Counted from the first letter of the stretch, positions 9,929 through 19,441 are shown. The stretch is DNA of 40,832 bases from Candidatus Ancaeobacter aquaticus (GCA_030765405.1 JAVCCP010000025.1:1-40832), one strand, 5' to 3'. Translations and numbers: made by a program. Notes: generated by a model from the letters alone, not told the origin.

Positions 9929-10699
9929 TTAAAGGCTTGTAATTGATGAGTTCTTTCCACATACCGGACAATTAATATTCTTTTTAAACTCTACCGTTCT
10001 AAAGTCCATATTTAACGCATCAAAAATAAGCATTCGGTTTATAAGCAACTTTCCGTTACCAATAATAAACTTCAATGCTTCCGTAGCCTGCATTGTTCCT
10101 AACGTTCCCGCAACAGCACCTAAAACTCCTACTTGTGCGGTTGACTGGATGGCGTCTTCTGGCGGGGGACTGTCAAACACACAGCGATAACACATTTCCC
10201 CCGGCACATAGGTGAGCGTCTGCCCACCAAATCGCACTACACCACCATGAGAATAGGGTTTTTTTGCTATAACACATGCATCATTAATTAAGAATTTTGC
10301 CGAAAAATTGTCAGTCGCATCAATAATAAAATCATAGCCCTTAATTATATCGAGTATATTATTTTGATCGACACGTTTTTGATAGGTTACAACATTTACA
10401 TCAGGATTTATTTTCTCTATCTTCTCCTTAGCGGATACAACCTTTGGTTTATCTATATCGGGAGTAAAATGTATTACTTGTCTTTGCAGGTTAGTCATGT
10501 CTACACTGTCACCATCAGCAATGCCAAGTGTCCCTACACCGGCCGCGGCAAGATATAATGTCGAGGCAGAACCTAATCCCCCTAAACCAATTATGAGCAC
10601 CTTACTTTCCATTATCTTGGCCTGTCCTTTCGGCCCCGCTTCAGACAAAAGAATATGTCTACTATATCGATCTGACTGTTCTTCTGTAAAATCCATCAT
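9929..10699 (-). CDS. thiF: ThiF/MoeB/HesA-family sulfur-carrier adenylyltransferase
   Basis: RYSRHI, IIGLGGLGS, NLQRQ, Zn motifs CYRC and CPVC; in the thiS/G/H operon. Confidence 0.85.
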   Translation of the reverse strand: MMDFTEEQSDRYSRHILLSEAGPKGQAKIMESKVLIIGLGGLGSASTLYLAAAGVGTLGIADGDSVDMTNLQRQVIHFTPDIDKPKVVSAKEKIEKINPDVNVVTYQKRVDQNNILDIIKGYDFIIDATDNFSAKFLINDACVIAKKPYSHGGVVRFGGQTLTYVPGEMCYRCVFDSPPPEDAIQSTAQVGVLGAVAGTLGTMQATEALKFIIGNGKLLINRMLIFDALNMDFRTVEFKKNINCPVCGKNSSITSL

Positions 10700-10753
10700 A
10701 CTTTCTCCAATGCTTGCGTAATAAGAATCAATATCCTCTATATACTATATGTA

Positions 10754-11860
10754 TTACATCCAGTCTTTTAATACCGGTTGATACCCTTTTCCCTTTAATA
10801 ACGCCCTTATCTGGTGAACGTTTCTCTTATCAGATATATCAAACTGTAATGAATTGATTTCCTCGTCACCATCTGCAGTATGCCCACCAACCGCTGTCGT
10901 TGACCCGGCAGACATTTTCGTTACTCCCAAGGGGAGAAGATTATCTCTCAAAGATGCTGTTTCGCGCGTAGAAATAGTAATTCCTACTCGCGGGAGATAT
11001 ATACGGAGTGCGGTAATTATCTGCACCATGTTTTTATCTGTTACGTCCCATGGCACTGAGAATGCGCTGTTCATTGTTTGCACTCTCGGAAGTGATATGC
11101 TCACCTCAGCCTCAGGATAAGTATCCTGAAGATATTTCGCGTGCATACCCACAAAAAATGCTTCTTTTCGCCAATCATTTAATCCAAATAATGCGCCAAT
11201 ATTTACTGTTCTTATCCCCGCCGATAGCGCTCTTTCAGGAGCAGCCATCCTAAATTCATAATCTTTTTTTGGTCCCTTTAGATGCATTCTACCATATATA
11301 GCTCGGTCATACACTTCCTGGTATATAGTAAGGCCATCTATTCCCTCAGCTATTAGTTCTTTATATTCACTCTCTGAGAGCGGATAAATTTCTATAGATA
11401 TAGATGTGAAATATTTTCTTAAAATTTTTATCGATGCGGCAATATATGAGACCGGACAAGCAGCTCGTAAATCACCTGTTAATACAAGAATATGCTTCAG
11501 TCCCGTCTGAGCAATATACCGCGCCTCTTTTTCAAGCTCTTCTATAGTTAACTGCTTTCTTTCTACCGTGTTCTTTTCATTAAAACCACAATAGACACAT
11601 TGGTTTTCACAATAATTTGAAAGGTAAAGAGGAGTGTAGAGTTGTATCGTCTTCCCAAAGTTCTGAACTGTCAAAGCATGTGATCTTTGTGCGGTTTTTT
11701 CTAAATGTTTCTCGGCTAAAGGCGAAAGAAGCCAAAGGTATTGTGAAGACTTTAGATTATTACTGATACGCGCTTGTTCAATATTCGCACTTGAAACATC
11801 TCTAAAAAATGAATCAAAATCATAGTTGCTCAATTTATTGTAAATCGTGTAAAAACTCAT
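10754..11860 (-). CDS. thiH: 2-iminoacetate synthase (radical SAM)
   Basis: YTPLYLSNYCENQCVYCGF (CxxxCxxC), YQEVY, ISTRE and SAGSTTAVGG motifs. Confidence 0.93.
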   Translation of the reverse strand: MSFYTIYNKLSNYDFDSFFRDVSSANIEQARISNNLKSSQYLWLLSPLAEKHLEKTAQRSHALTVQNFGKTIQLYTPLYLSNYCENQCVYCGFNEKNTVERKQLTIEELEKEARYIAQTGLKHILVLTGDLRAACPVSYIAASIKILRKYFTSISIEIYPLSESEYKELIAEGIDGLTIYQEVYDRAIYGRMHLKGPKKDYEFRMAAPERALSAGIRTVNIGALFGLNDWRKEAFFVGMHAKYLQDTYPEAEVSISLPRVQTMNSAFSVPWDVTDKNMVQIITALRIYLPRVGITISTRETASLRDNLLPLGVTKMSAGSTTAVGGHTADGDEEINSLQFDISDKRNVHQIRALLKGKGYQPVLKDWM

Positions 11861-11868
11861 CCTGCAAT

Positions 11869-12651
11869 TTATGTATCCTCTCTTAAAAAACCGGTCAGCG
11901 GAGAAGAAGCTTCAGCATGGTCTTTTACGGAAGGAATCCCTGAAAGATAGGCAAGTCTGCCAGCTTCAATTGCTTTGCTGAATGCAAGAGCCATATTAAC
12001 TGGATCCTTTGCTGACGCTAAAGCGGTGTTTACTAATACTGCGGCGCACCCAAGCTCCATACACTCAGCTGCCTCAGAAGGATTTCCTATTCCTGCATCA
12101 ACAATCACCGGCGCTTTAATTTCTTCTACAAGTATTCTTACAATCTCTTTTGTTCTAAATCCTCGGTTACTTCCAATGGGTGACCCGAGAGGCATCACTG
12201 CCGAGGCCCCTGCATCAACAATTCTTTTGGCATCAATTAAATCCGGATTCATATAGGGAAGAATAATAAAACCTTCTTTTGAAAGCACTTCTGTTGCTTT
12301 TATTGTTTCTTTGTTGTCAGGAAGGAGATATTTATTATCAGAAATAACTTCTATTTTTATCCAATCACCACATCCAAGCTCGCGCGCAAGCCGTGCTATG
12401 CGAATAGCCTCTTTAGCATTTCTCGCACCCGAAGTATTGGTCATAATAGTGCATTTTTTCGGTATATAATTTAATATATTCTCGTCTTTCGAGTCGATAT
12501 CAACGCGCCTTAAAGCAACAGTAACAACCTCTGCTCCTGACACCTCCAATACATTCTTAACAAGTTCTTTTTGCGGAAATTTTCCCGTTCCAACAAAAAA
12601 CCTACTTGAAAGAGTCTTATTGCCAATTTTTAATAGATCTTGCATACTCAT
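11869..12651 (-). CDS. thiG: Thiazole synthase
   Basis: [29 protein letters not shown] and VDAGIG motifs. Confidence 0.96.
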   Translation of the reverse strand: MSMQDLLKIGNKTLSSRFFVGTGKFPQKELVKNVLEVSGAEVVTVALRRVDIDSKDENILNYIPKKCTIMTNTSGARNAKEAIRIARLARELGCGDWIKIEVISDNKYLLPDNKETIKATEVLSKEGFIILPYMNPDLIDAKRIVDAGASAVMPLGSPIGSNRGFRTKEIVRILVEEIKAPVIVDAGIGNPSEAAECMELGCAAVLVNTALASAKDPVNMALAFSKAIEAGRLAYLSGIPSVKDHAEASSPLTGFLREDT

Positions 12652-12848
12652 CCACCACCAACGTAATTTACTATTTCAATCGTATCATCATTATTAATAT
12701 ATGTTTCGAACCATTTATCTTTTGAGACTATTTCACCATTATGTTCAATGACTATCGCGTCTTTATTCAGTCCTTTAGACTTTGTAAGAACTGATAAAGT
12801 GCACCTCTCACCAATGTTCATATTTTTTCCATTAATATTTATCTGCAT
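12648..12848 (-). CDS. thiS: Sulfur carrier protein ThiS
   Basis: 66-aa ubiquitin-like size, ending [14 protein letters not shown] overlap with thiG. Confidence 0.93.
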   Translation of the reverse strand: MQININGKNMNIGERCTLSVLTKSKGLNKDAIVIEHNGEIVSKDKWFETYINNDDTIEIVNYVGGG

Positions 12849-12874
12849 TTCGCTATCTCAACCATTACTGCTTA

Positions 12875-12907
12875 GAAAAATACACCACTTTACGGACGGT
12901 AAAGTGG
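12875..12907 (-). terminator. Hairpin / probable intrinsic terminator after the STAS/SEC14 gene
   Basis: Perfect 9-bp stem CCACTTTAC/GTAAAGTGG with a 5-nt loop, followed by TGTATTTTT on the minus strand. Confidence 0.5.
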
Positions 12908-12935
12908 CATATTTAATTTAAATAACTCTAATCTT

Positions 12936-13298
12936 TTAAGACTTTGTCCAATCCCATGCTTCCTGCAATTGGTCAGTTTTATATGTTTTTAACTGTCCCT
13001 GCATGAAATGGCCGCTCACCTTTGTTGACCATTCAATCCATTTAGCATCACTTACGACTGCAATCTTCTCAAAATCATCTTTATGAGACATACCAAATTT
13101 TGCATCGTCCCATGCTGCACCGAGCTCCCAACCATGAAAATTTTCACCGAATACAAAAACAAAACGGCATTTACCGTATTCCTTCAATATTTCTTCTAAT
13201 TTTGGGATCAATACTTCTTTGTAATCCTGATCCGTAAGTTTATCAATGCCTTTTACCCCTAATACATTGCCCTGACTTTCCGGTAAGATCTCGATCAT
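12936..13298 (-). CDS. STAS/SEC14 (SpoIIAA-like) domain protein
   Basis: GKLT-like KLTDQDY, FHGWELGAAWDDAKFG, KIAVVSD and EAWDW pattern; 120 aa with an AGGAGG RBS. Confidence 0.8.
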   Translation of the reverse strand: MIEILPESQGNVLGVKGIDKLTDQDYKEVLIPKLEEILKEYGKCRFVFVFGENFHGWELGAAWDDAKFGMSHKDDFEKIAVVSDAKWIEWSTKVSGHFMQGQLKTYKTDQLQEAWDWTKS

Positions 13299-13337
13299 AT
13301 TCCCTCCTATGCTCTGTGTTGGGAATCAATAGTTGCC

Positions 13338-13412
13338 AAAAAAGGGGACTGTCCCCTTTTTATTGGTTGCCTAGCAAGGACTTCCTTCGCCCTACTCAGG
13401 ACAAGCTCACTA
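13338..13412. repeat. Repeat unit 3: terminator hairpin + tRNA-Gln 3' end + CTTCG..CTCAGGACAAGCTCACTA
   Basis: Aligns with 13627-13698 over the whole unit and with 13746-13788 over the tRNA-derived part. Confidence 0.85.
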
Positions 13413-13613
13413 CTTACTACGTATTAACTTCTCTTTCTTTTCCCGACACCAACCCTTGATTTGCTTTTCTCTTCTCGCTGCATCTTTTTTATCAACATAA
13501 TTCTCTATATGTAGTATTTCAGGATATCCGTGCTGCCTCTGCCTGTTCTTCACATCAGTCGTTATTCCTGTATAAAATAACTCCCCTTTTTTGCATATGT
13601 ATAAATACCACAT
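13410..13613 (-). CDS. Minimal GIY-YIG nuclease (YhbQ/UPF0213-like)
   Basis: YLY..., YTGITT, R-x3-H and REKQIKGW motifs; 67 aa; the stop codon overlaps repeat unit 3. Confidence 0.8.
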   Translation of the reverse strand: MWYLYICKKGELFYTGITTDVKNRQRQHGYPEILHIENYVDKKDAARREKQIKGWCREKKEKLIRSK

Positions 13614-13626
13614 TATAACCAGCCTG

Positions 13627-13698
13627 AAAAGCGGACTATCCCTTTTTATTGGCTACCTAGCAAGGATTTCCTTCGCACAGCTCAGGACAAGCTCACTA
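13627..13698. repeat. Repeat unit 2: terminator hairpin + tRNA-Gln 3' end + CTTCG..CTCAGGACAAGCTCACTA
   Basis: Degenerate direct repeat of 13338-13412. Confidence 0.85.
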
Positions 13699-13745
13699 TT
13701 TGCATTACAACCAGTTAGTTTTTTTTAAAATATTGTAATCAGCCT

Positions 13746-13767
13746 AAAAAGGGGACCACCCCTTTTT
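13746..13767 (-). terminator. Intrinsic terminator of tRNA-Gln
   Basis: AAAAAGGGG-TGGT-CCCCTTTTT immediately after CCA. Confidence 0.75.
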
Positions 13768-13769
13768 AT

Positions 13770-13843
13770 TGGCTGCCTAGCAAGGATTCGAACCTCGGTT
13801 ACCTGATCCAGAGACAGGCGTGCTACCACTGCACCACTAGGCA
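13770..13843 (-). tRNA. tRNA-Gln (anticodon CTG)
   Basis: Acceptor TGCCTAG/CTAGGCA (U1-A72), anticodon loop CTCTGGA, T-loop GGTTCGAATCC, encoded CCA. Confidence 0.95.
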
Positions 13844-13859
13844 GTCATATAGTATGTGT

Positions 13860-13888
13860 AATGTATACTAGTTTTAGTCCTAAATCAA
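13860..13888 (-). promoter_or_regulatory. Putative sigma70 promoter of tRNA-Gln
   Basis: Minus strand TTGATT-17 nt-TACATT. Confidence 0.5.
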
Positions 13889-15018
13889 GTTAATTCAGAC
13901 TGAGAAATACACTGATTACTGCTATACACCCTCTCCACCCTCTTACTTATTCCGCACACAACTTCATATGGTATTGTTCCCGTAATACGTGCAATTTCTT
14001 CTACTGTTATCTCATTATCCCCCTGCCGCCCTATCAAAACCACTTCATCTCCAACACGCACCTCCGGTATATGCCCTACATCTACCATGATCTGATCCAT
14101 TGTAACTCTCCCCACAAGTGGTGCATACTCGCCTCTTATTAATACCCGTCCCTTATTAGACAGCAGCCTGTTATAGCCGTCTCCATACCCTAAAGGTATT
14201 GTTGCAATAGTTGTCGCATTCTCAACAACATGTGTTTTCCCATAACTTATGGTTCTTCCCGGCCCGGTTTTCTTAATAAAAGACACTTTTGACTTTAATG
14301 AAAGTACTGGCTGAATATCATACTTCTTTTTGAATTCTGTGCTTGGATAAAGACCATACATAATAATCCCCGGCCGCACCATGTCAAAGTATGATTCGGG
14401 AATAGTTAAAATAGCTGCACTATTGGCCATGTGAAGGAGCGTTTCATTCGGACGTCGATCAGCACTGGTCACTGCTTTAAAAACCGCAATTTGCGATAAT
14501 GAATACTCAATATCTTCATCTGAACAGGGAAAATGCGATAAGAATCCCTCAGCACGTAAATGCGTTAACTCTTTTATGTCTCTCATAAATTCACTTACAT
14601 CTTCGTGCCATACACCTACTCTCCCCATACCGGTATCAATCTTCACATGAATTGGAATAATGATACCACTGGCCTTTGCCTCATCGTCTAAGGCTCGCGC
14701 CATATCTATATCACACACTATCGGCGTTAGTCGCGCGGAAACAATATCTGCTATGTGTTCCGTAAAAAGCTGTCCCAAGATCAATATATTACAATCAGCA
14801 CTCAGTGCTCGAACCCTTTTTCCTTCAGATACATTCGCAACACCAAACCAGCTAATATTGTTCTCTAATAGTGATCGAACAACCTCGGTCGCGCCATGGC
14901 CGTACGCATCAGCTTTTACAATTGCCATTATACTGACATTTTCACCTACACATCGTCTAATAAAAGCAATGTTATGCTGTAATGACACAAGGTCTATCTC
15001 TGCCCACGCGTTTGACAT
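13885..15018 (-). CDS. alr: Alanine racemase
   Basis: AIVKADAYGHG (PLP Lys), HVKIDTGMGRVG, VRPGI, GYGDGY and GRVTMDQ motifs; TGATG coupling to tsaB. Confidence 0.96.
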   Translation of the reverse strand: MSNAWAEIDLVSLQHNIAFIRRCVGENVSIMAIVKADAYGHGATEVVRSLLENNISWFGVANVSEGKRVRALSADCNILILGQLFTEHIADIVSARLTPIVCDIDMARALDDEAKASGIIIPIHVKIDTGMGRVGVWHEDVSEFMRDIKELTHLRAEGFLSHFPCSDEDIEYSLSQIAVFKAVTSADRRPNETLLHMANSAAILTIPESYFDMVRPGIIMYGLYPSTEFKKKYDIQPVLSLKSKVSFIKKTGPGRTISYGKTHVVENATTIATIPLGYGDGYNRLLSNKGRVLIRGEYAPLVGRVTMDQIMVDVGHIPEVRVGDEVVLIGRQGDNEITVEEIARITGTIPYEVVCGISKRVERVYSSNQCISQSELT

Positions 15019-15713
15019 CAACACTCTTTCTTTTTCTTTTTTAATGCTTCTAAACGCCTCTCTTCGGCTTGTGTTTTACGCAAATATATTGGTTCAATCG
15101 ATTGGTATTCTCTTAAATTCTTTTTTGTCGCATTAGCAATCAGAAGTGCGCTACGAGAAGCTTTCGGCTCCCTGATATACACCTCAAGTCCTAAAGCTTC
15201 TGCCTGACTCACATCAGGCCCTACAAATAACGCATTCTTATAATACCGTTTCAATTTCCCAAGTGTTACTATACTGTCTTTTTTGTATTGAATAAGCTTC
15301 CCCTTTTCATTTTTGAATATTCTACAGTAATATTCATCACGGCGAGCGTCAAAAAGAACGACTACATATGCATGTTTCGTTAAATCAATATCGGGACAAT
15401 GTCCTATTTCATAGGCAACATTATCAAATGCTGATACACCATATGTCGGCATAGTAAGAGCAGTTTGTACTCCCTGAACAAATGCTGCACCGATTCGTAT
15501 ACCGGTAAAGGATCCTGGACCCCTGCCAACCACAACAATATCAATATCATTGAGCGTTAATTTCTGCTTACCAAGGAGCGTATCAACTTTATTAACAAGA
15601 TTTCTTGAATGACTACAATCTTTTGATATCGTAATCTCTTTTATTAATTTTTTAGCTGATACAATCGCTATCGAACCTTGGTTCGTTGACGTCTCTATTC
15701 CAAGCACATTCAT
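15018..15713 (-). CDS. tsaB: tRNA threonylcarbamoyladenosine biosynthesis protein TsaB
   Basis: LGIETST, HSRNL, GPGSFTGIRIG, DARRDE and EPIYLR motifs. Confidence 0.92.
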   Translation of the reverse strand: MNVLGIETSTNQGSIAIVSAKKLIKEITISKDCSHSRNLVNKVDTLLGKQKLTLNDIDIVVVGRGPGSFTGIRIGAAFVQGVQTALTMPTYGVSAFDNVAYEIGHCPDIDLTKHAYVVVLFDARRDEYYCRIFKNEKGKLIQYKKDSIVTLGKLKRYYKNALFVGPDVSQAEALGLEVYIREPKASRSALLIANATKKNLREYQSIEPIYLRKTQAEERRLEALKKKKKEC

Positions 15714-15717
15714 GGAT

Positions 15718-16134
15718 TTACCCTTTTTTTATTGATATGTACCGACCAGTTTCTGAAATCACTTTCATTTCTACTTTTGTATGTTCTTTGGGCAAATAAT
15801 CTTCAATCTTGTCAGCCCATTCAATAATCGTTATGCCATCACCAAAAAAATATTCTTCATACCCTAAATCATATAACTCTTGAGGATCACTCAAACGATA
15901 GACATCAAAATGATACACTGTTTTTTTACCGTGATATATATTTATTAATGTAAATGTTGGACTCGCTATATACTTATCGGTAATACCACACCCGTAGAGT
16001 AACCCTCGAGTAAAGACTGATTTACCCGCGCCAAGCTCGCCAATAAGAGCGATAACGTCTCCGTTACGCAATTTTTTAGAAAATTTTTTCGCAAGAGAAA
16101 ATGTTTCATTCTCACTTTTTGTTATTGTATGCAC
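15718..16134 (-). CDS. tsaE: t6A biosynthesis ATPase TsaE
   Basis: GELGAGKS Walker A, SPTFTL, HFDVYRL and IEWAD motifs. Confidence 0.95.
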   Translation of the reverse strand: MHTITKSENETFSLAKKFSKKLRNGDVIALIGELGAGKSVFTRGLLYGCGITDKYIASPTFTLINIYHGKKTVYHFDVYRLSDPQELYDLGYEEYFFGDGITIIEWADKIEDYLPKEHTKVEMKVISETGRYISIKKG

Positions 16135-16140
16135 AATACC

Positions 16141-16179
16141 AGCTATAAGTTGTAAGCTATAAGTTGTGAGCTTAAAGCT
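16141..16179. repeat. Degenerate heptamer tandem repeat (AGCTATA/AGTTGTA)
   Basis: agctata agttgta agctata agttgtg agcttaa agct, between thiL and tsaE. Confidence 0.6.
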
Positions 16180-16190
16180 GTTTTAAAAAA

Positions 16191-17144
16191 CTACTTTTTA
16201 TTCTTCGTTTTAAAGTGGTCGTATCCCTTATTCTCAGGGATAGTTACACTGCCATCTTTATTTACTAACCTCACACCTTTTTCAGGTGTCATAACACCGA
16301 TTACCGATACCGGCGTTTTGAAGCTTCGCTTCCATTTCTTTATCAATGTCTTTACTTCATTCTGCGAGACGCTAAACAATAGCTCAAAATCCTCACCATC
16401 AGTGAGTGCCTTCTCTATTGAAACTTTCCGGGGACAATTCTTTTTTACCGCTGATGATAAAGGAATGTAATCAGTAAAAATAAGTGCTCCCAGATTACTC
16501 GCCTCGGTTATCCTCTGGCAATCTGAAAGTAGCCCATCAGAAATATCTATCATCGATGTAACCGAAAAGTTGTTTGCGAGATAGTACGCTTCACGGACTC
16601 TAGGAGTAAACGAATACTGCTTTTTTGCATATGAACCGCCAAGTGTACCGGTAGCCAGAATCACATCCCACGGACAAGCCCCGCTTCGCACAATACATTT
16701 TCTTTTATCAACTTCTCCTAATATCGCAATTGAAATTACCATACCCTTTGGTGAAGATACAGTGTCACCGCCAACAATATTTATTTTAAATACATCTAGC
16801 CATGAGTTCATACCTCGATAGATCTCTTCACAATACTGTACATTTTCTTGAGGACTAACACCAAGAGACACTACAGCGTATTGCGGAACACCTCCCATGG
16901 CGGCTATATCACTGATATTTGCAGCTATCGCTTTACGTCCAATCATATATGGAGACGCATCACTTTTACGAAAATGGATACCTTCTACAAACATGTCGCT
17001 TGCAAATAACGTATAGACATTTTTATTAGCTGAGGTAAGAACAGCGGCATCATCTCCAATACCGACTATAACATCCTTGTTTTTCTTAAGCTTATTTTTG
17101 AATTTGTCTATTAAACCAAATTCACCAATCTCTGATACCTTCAT
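16191..17144 (-). CDS. thiL: Thiamine-monophosphate kinase
   Basis: GEFGLI, GIGDDAA, NISDIAAMGG, GGDT, DISDGL and GEDFELLF motifs. Confidence 0.95.
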   Translation of the reverse strand: MKVSEIGEFGLIDKFKNKLKKNKDVIVGIGDDAAVLTSANKNVYTLFASDMFVEGIHFRKSDASPYMIGRKAIAANISDIAAMGGVPQYAVVSLGVSPQENVQYCEEIYRGMNSWLDVFKINIVGGDTVSSPKGMVISIAILGEVDKRKCIVRSGACPWDVILATGTLGGSYAKKQYSFTPRVREAYYLANNFSVTSMIDISDGLLSDCQRITEASNLGALIFTDYIPLSSAVKKNCPRKVSIEKALTDGEDFELLFSVSQNEVKTLIKKWKRSFKTPVSVIGVMTPEKGVRLVNKDGSVTIPENKGYDHFKTKNKK

Positions 17145-17151
17145 GTATTTT

Positions 17152-18192
17152 TTATATCTCCATCACTTTTTTCATGTTTTCATTATAGGGCGGCCACACA
17201 ATACCTCGTTCTGTCACAATTGCAGTTATAAGCTCTCCGGGAGTAACATCAAATGCCGGTGAAAATGTTTTTATATCGAGTGGAGCAGTTCTCTTTCCAA
17301 ACCCGTGCGTAATTTCTTCTGGGCCGCGCTCTTCAATCGGTATCTCTGATCCTGTTTCAATACACGAATCGACTGTTGATATCGGAGCAACAATGTAAAA
17401 TGGTATATTGTGGTGCTTTGCAAGTACCGCTATATTGTACGTCCCTATTTTATTTGCTGTATCACCGTTCATCGCTATCCTATCAGCCCCGACAATAACA
17501 CAGTCAACACCCTTATTTTTCATTACTGATCCGACCATATTGTCACAAATCAATGTAACATCTATCCCCGATTCTTTGAGCTCCCATGCAGTGAGTCGTG
17601 CACCTTGCAAAAGTGGTCGCGTTTCATCCGCATACACGGCAAATTTCTTACCTTGCTCATGTGCCGCATACATTACCGCTAACGCAGTACCCATCCCTGC
17701 TGTCGCAAGTGCACCAGCGTTACAGTGAGTCATAACGGTCGCACCGTCTTCAAGTAACACAGCGCCGTTATCCCCAAGTTTTTTACATATTTCTTTATCT
17801 TCTGAAAGTATCTCCACAGCCTCTTTGGTTATAAGATCGCGGAGTGATTCAATATCATTTGAGTTGTCATTATCAATCACTTTTTTTATGCGTTTAAGCC
17901 CCCAGAACAGATTTACGGCTGTAGGTCGTGATGTTGCCATATAAGATATCGTTTCCTGAATACGTTTTCTAAATTCTTCAATATTAGTACCTTCGTATAC
18001 ATGAGCATCTAAGGCAACGGCTAATGCGCCAATAACTCCAAGGAGTGGGGCACCCCTCACCCTCAGCATCTTAATTGCTTCCCACAATTCTTCACGAGTC
18101 TTGCAATTAATATATATCAATTCTTCCGGAAGTTTTGTTTGATCAAGTATCTTTACCGATTTTTCATTCCATTCAACTGTCTTTACCACCAT
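17152..18192 (-). CDS. mtnA: S-methyl-5-thioribose-1-phosphate isomerase
   Basis: LDQTKLP, VRGAP, SRPTAVNL, THCNAGALAT, ETRPLLQGARLT and ANKIGTY motifs. Confidence 0.95.
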   Translation of the reverse strand: MVVKTVEWNEKSVKILDQTKLPEELIYINCKTREELWEAIKMLRVRGAPLLGVIGALAVALDAHVYEGTNIEEFRKRIQETISYMATSRPTAVNLFWGLKRIKKVIDNDNSNDIESLRDLITKEAVEILSEDKEICKKLGDNGAVLLEDGATVMTHCNAGALATAGMGTALAVMYAAHEQGKKFAVYADETRPLLQGARLTAWELKESGIDVTLICDNMVGSVMKNKGVDCVIVGADRIAMNGDTANKIGTYNIAVLAKHHNIPFYIVAPISTVDSCIETGSEIPIEERGPEEITHGFGKRTAPLDIKTFSPAFDVTPGELITAIVTERGIVWPPYNENMKKVMEI

Positions 18193-18263
18193 AAAATCTC
18201 CTCCTTAATAAATTTCAATATTCAAATACCAAACAAATAACGGTACTGGTTTCTCCTGACTTA

Positions 18264-18434
18264 CACCGCGTAGGAGTAACAAGTTCCACCTACGCGGTGA
18301 ATACTCCATTCTATACGCTATGCGCTATCGATTCACATCCCATCTCTTCCACCGCGTAGGAGCCACTTTGTGTCACCTACGCGGTGAATACTCCACTCTA
18401 TACGCTATGCGCTAAACGCTCTACGCTATGCGCT
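18264..18434. repeat. Two ~65-bp direct repeats (18264-18327, 18350-18414), each an 11-bp GTAG/CTAC hairpin, with trailing ACGCTAT-type heptamers
   Basis: CACCGCGTAGG...CCTACGCGGTG stems with different 14/15-nt loops and a shared tail AATACTCCAYTCTATACGCTATGCGCTA. Confidence 0.85.
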
Positions 18435-18439
18435 ATTAA

Positions 18440-19441
18440 TTACATATTCTTCAATATAAGAAATGTCAATAATATCGCAACAGTATTATTTAGCATATGA
18501 AATACAATTGGCGCTATTAATGTACCTGTTCTTTCATATAGATACGCAAGTATTATACCAAGTCCCATGACAGGAATAAACTGTGACATATTAAAATGTA
18601 TAGCGCCAAATATTATAGCACTCATGCAGAGAGACTGTGTCACACCGAGATATTTTCTGAGGACCGTATAAATAAATCCGCGAAATACTATTTCCTCATA
18701 GAGTGGCGCAAAAACTGTTGCAACAAGCACTAAATAGATAATTTTATATGCGGATTTTTCGACACTAAATATTTTAACCAGTTCATGCGGCTGCGGACTA
18801 ATACCAAAGTAACCACATATTACATAGCTCACCACAACTAACAAAAGAAATACAGGGACAAATGCTATATAGGCAACTATTCCAGTAAGAGCATTCCCAA
18901 ACCAACTATGCAGTGAGAGCCCTATGCTCGTAACGGATAAAGAGTACTTCTTTATAAGCGACCGATACATACCGCAAGCCATAATCAAGTAAACCCCTAG
19001 TGTCCCGACAACCAGTCCCCCCATAGAAATAAGTCGACCAGAGATAATAGAAGAGGTAACACAGACATATAAAACTGCGTGTATAACCGTAAATATAAAT
19101 AAGAAAAGTACCGTCATACGCGCAATATCTGATAAAGTCCACGGCACAAGATTGACACCACGCAATAATGTCTTCTCTTTAACAACGAGCTTATTAACTA
19201 ACAACAGAAAATTAGTTATTAGCCCAAGTCCTACCCCGCCTATTACTGCAACATAGAAAACAAAGATAATATGCGGAGGTAAAGCACTGCTACTGAACAC
19301 ATCGGTTAATTCTGTCTGAACATTCTCTTTCTGAGGAATATTGTCTTTGTGGGTAGCCGGCGCGACCGTAAGAAAAAGCCATAACACAATTATCCCAATA
19401 CCCATCAGATAATATATACTATCGCTTCTTGTTGCATTCAT
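18440..19441 (-). CDS. CPBP (CAAX/Abi) intramembrane glutamic endopeptidase
   Basis: EEIVFRG, FGAIH and HMLNN motifs; many transmembrane helices. Confidence 0.88.
   Translation of the reverse strand: MNATRSDSIYYLMGIGIIVLWLFLTVAPATHKDNIPQKENVQTELTDVFSSSALPPHIIFVFYVAVIGGVGLGLITNFLLLVNKLVVKEKTLLRGVNLVPWTLSDIARMTVLFLFIFTVIHAVLYVCVTSSIISGRLISMGGLVVGTLGVYLIMACGMYRSLIKKYSLSVTSIGLSLHSWFGNALTGIVAYIAFVPVFLLLVVVSYVICGYFGISPQPHELVKIFSVEKSAYKIIYLVLVATVFAPLYEEIVFRGFIYTVLRKYLGVTQSLCMSAIIFGAIHFNMSQFIPVMGLGIILAYLYERTGTLIAPIVFHMLNNTVAILLTFLILKNM

Noticed and set aside
12849..12935. TPP riboswitch upstream of thiS
   Set aside because: The spacer is too short and lacks the CTGAGA/TGATC-type conserved segments; only a simple hairpin is present.
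13338..13698. Additional tRNA-Gln genes
   Set aside because: Only the 3' ~20 nt match; the D and anticodon arms are absent.
18264..18434. Possible CRISPR array
   Set aside because: Only two ~65-bp units, the variable part is inside the hairpin loop, and no cas genes or leader are present.
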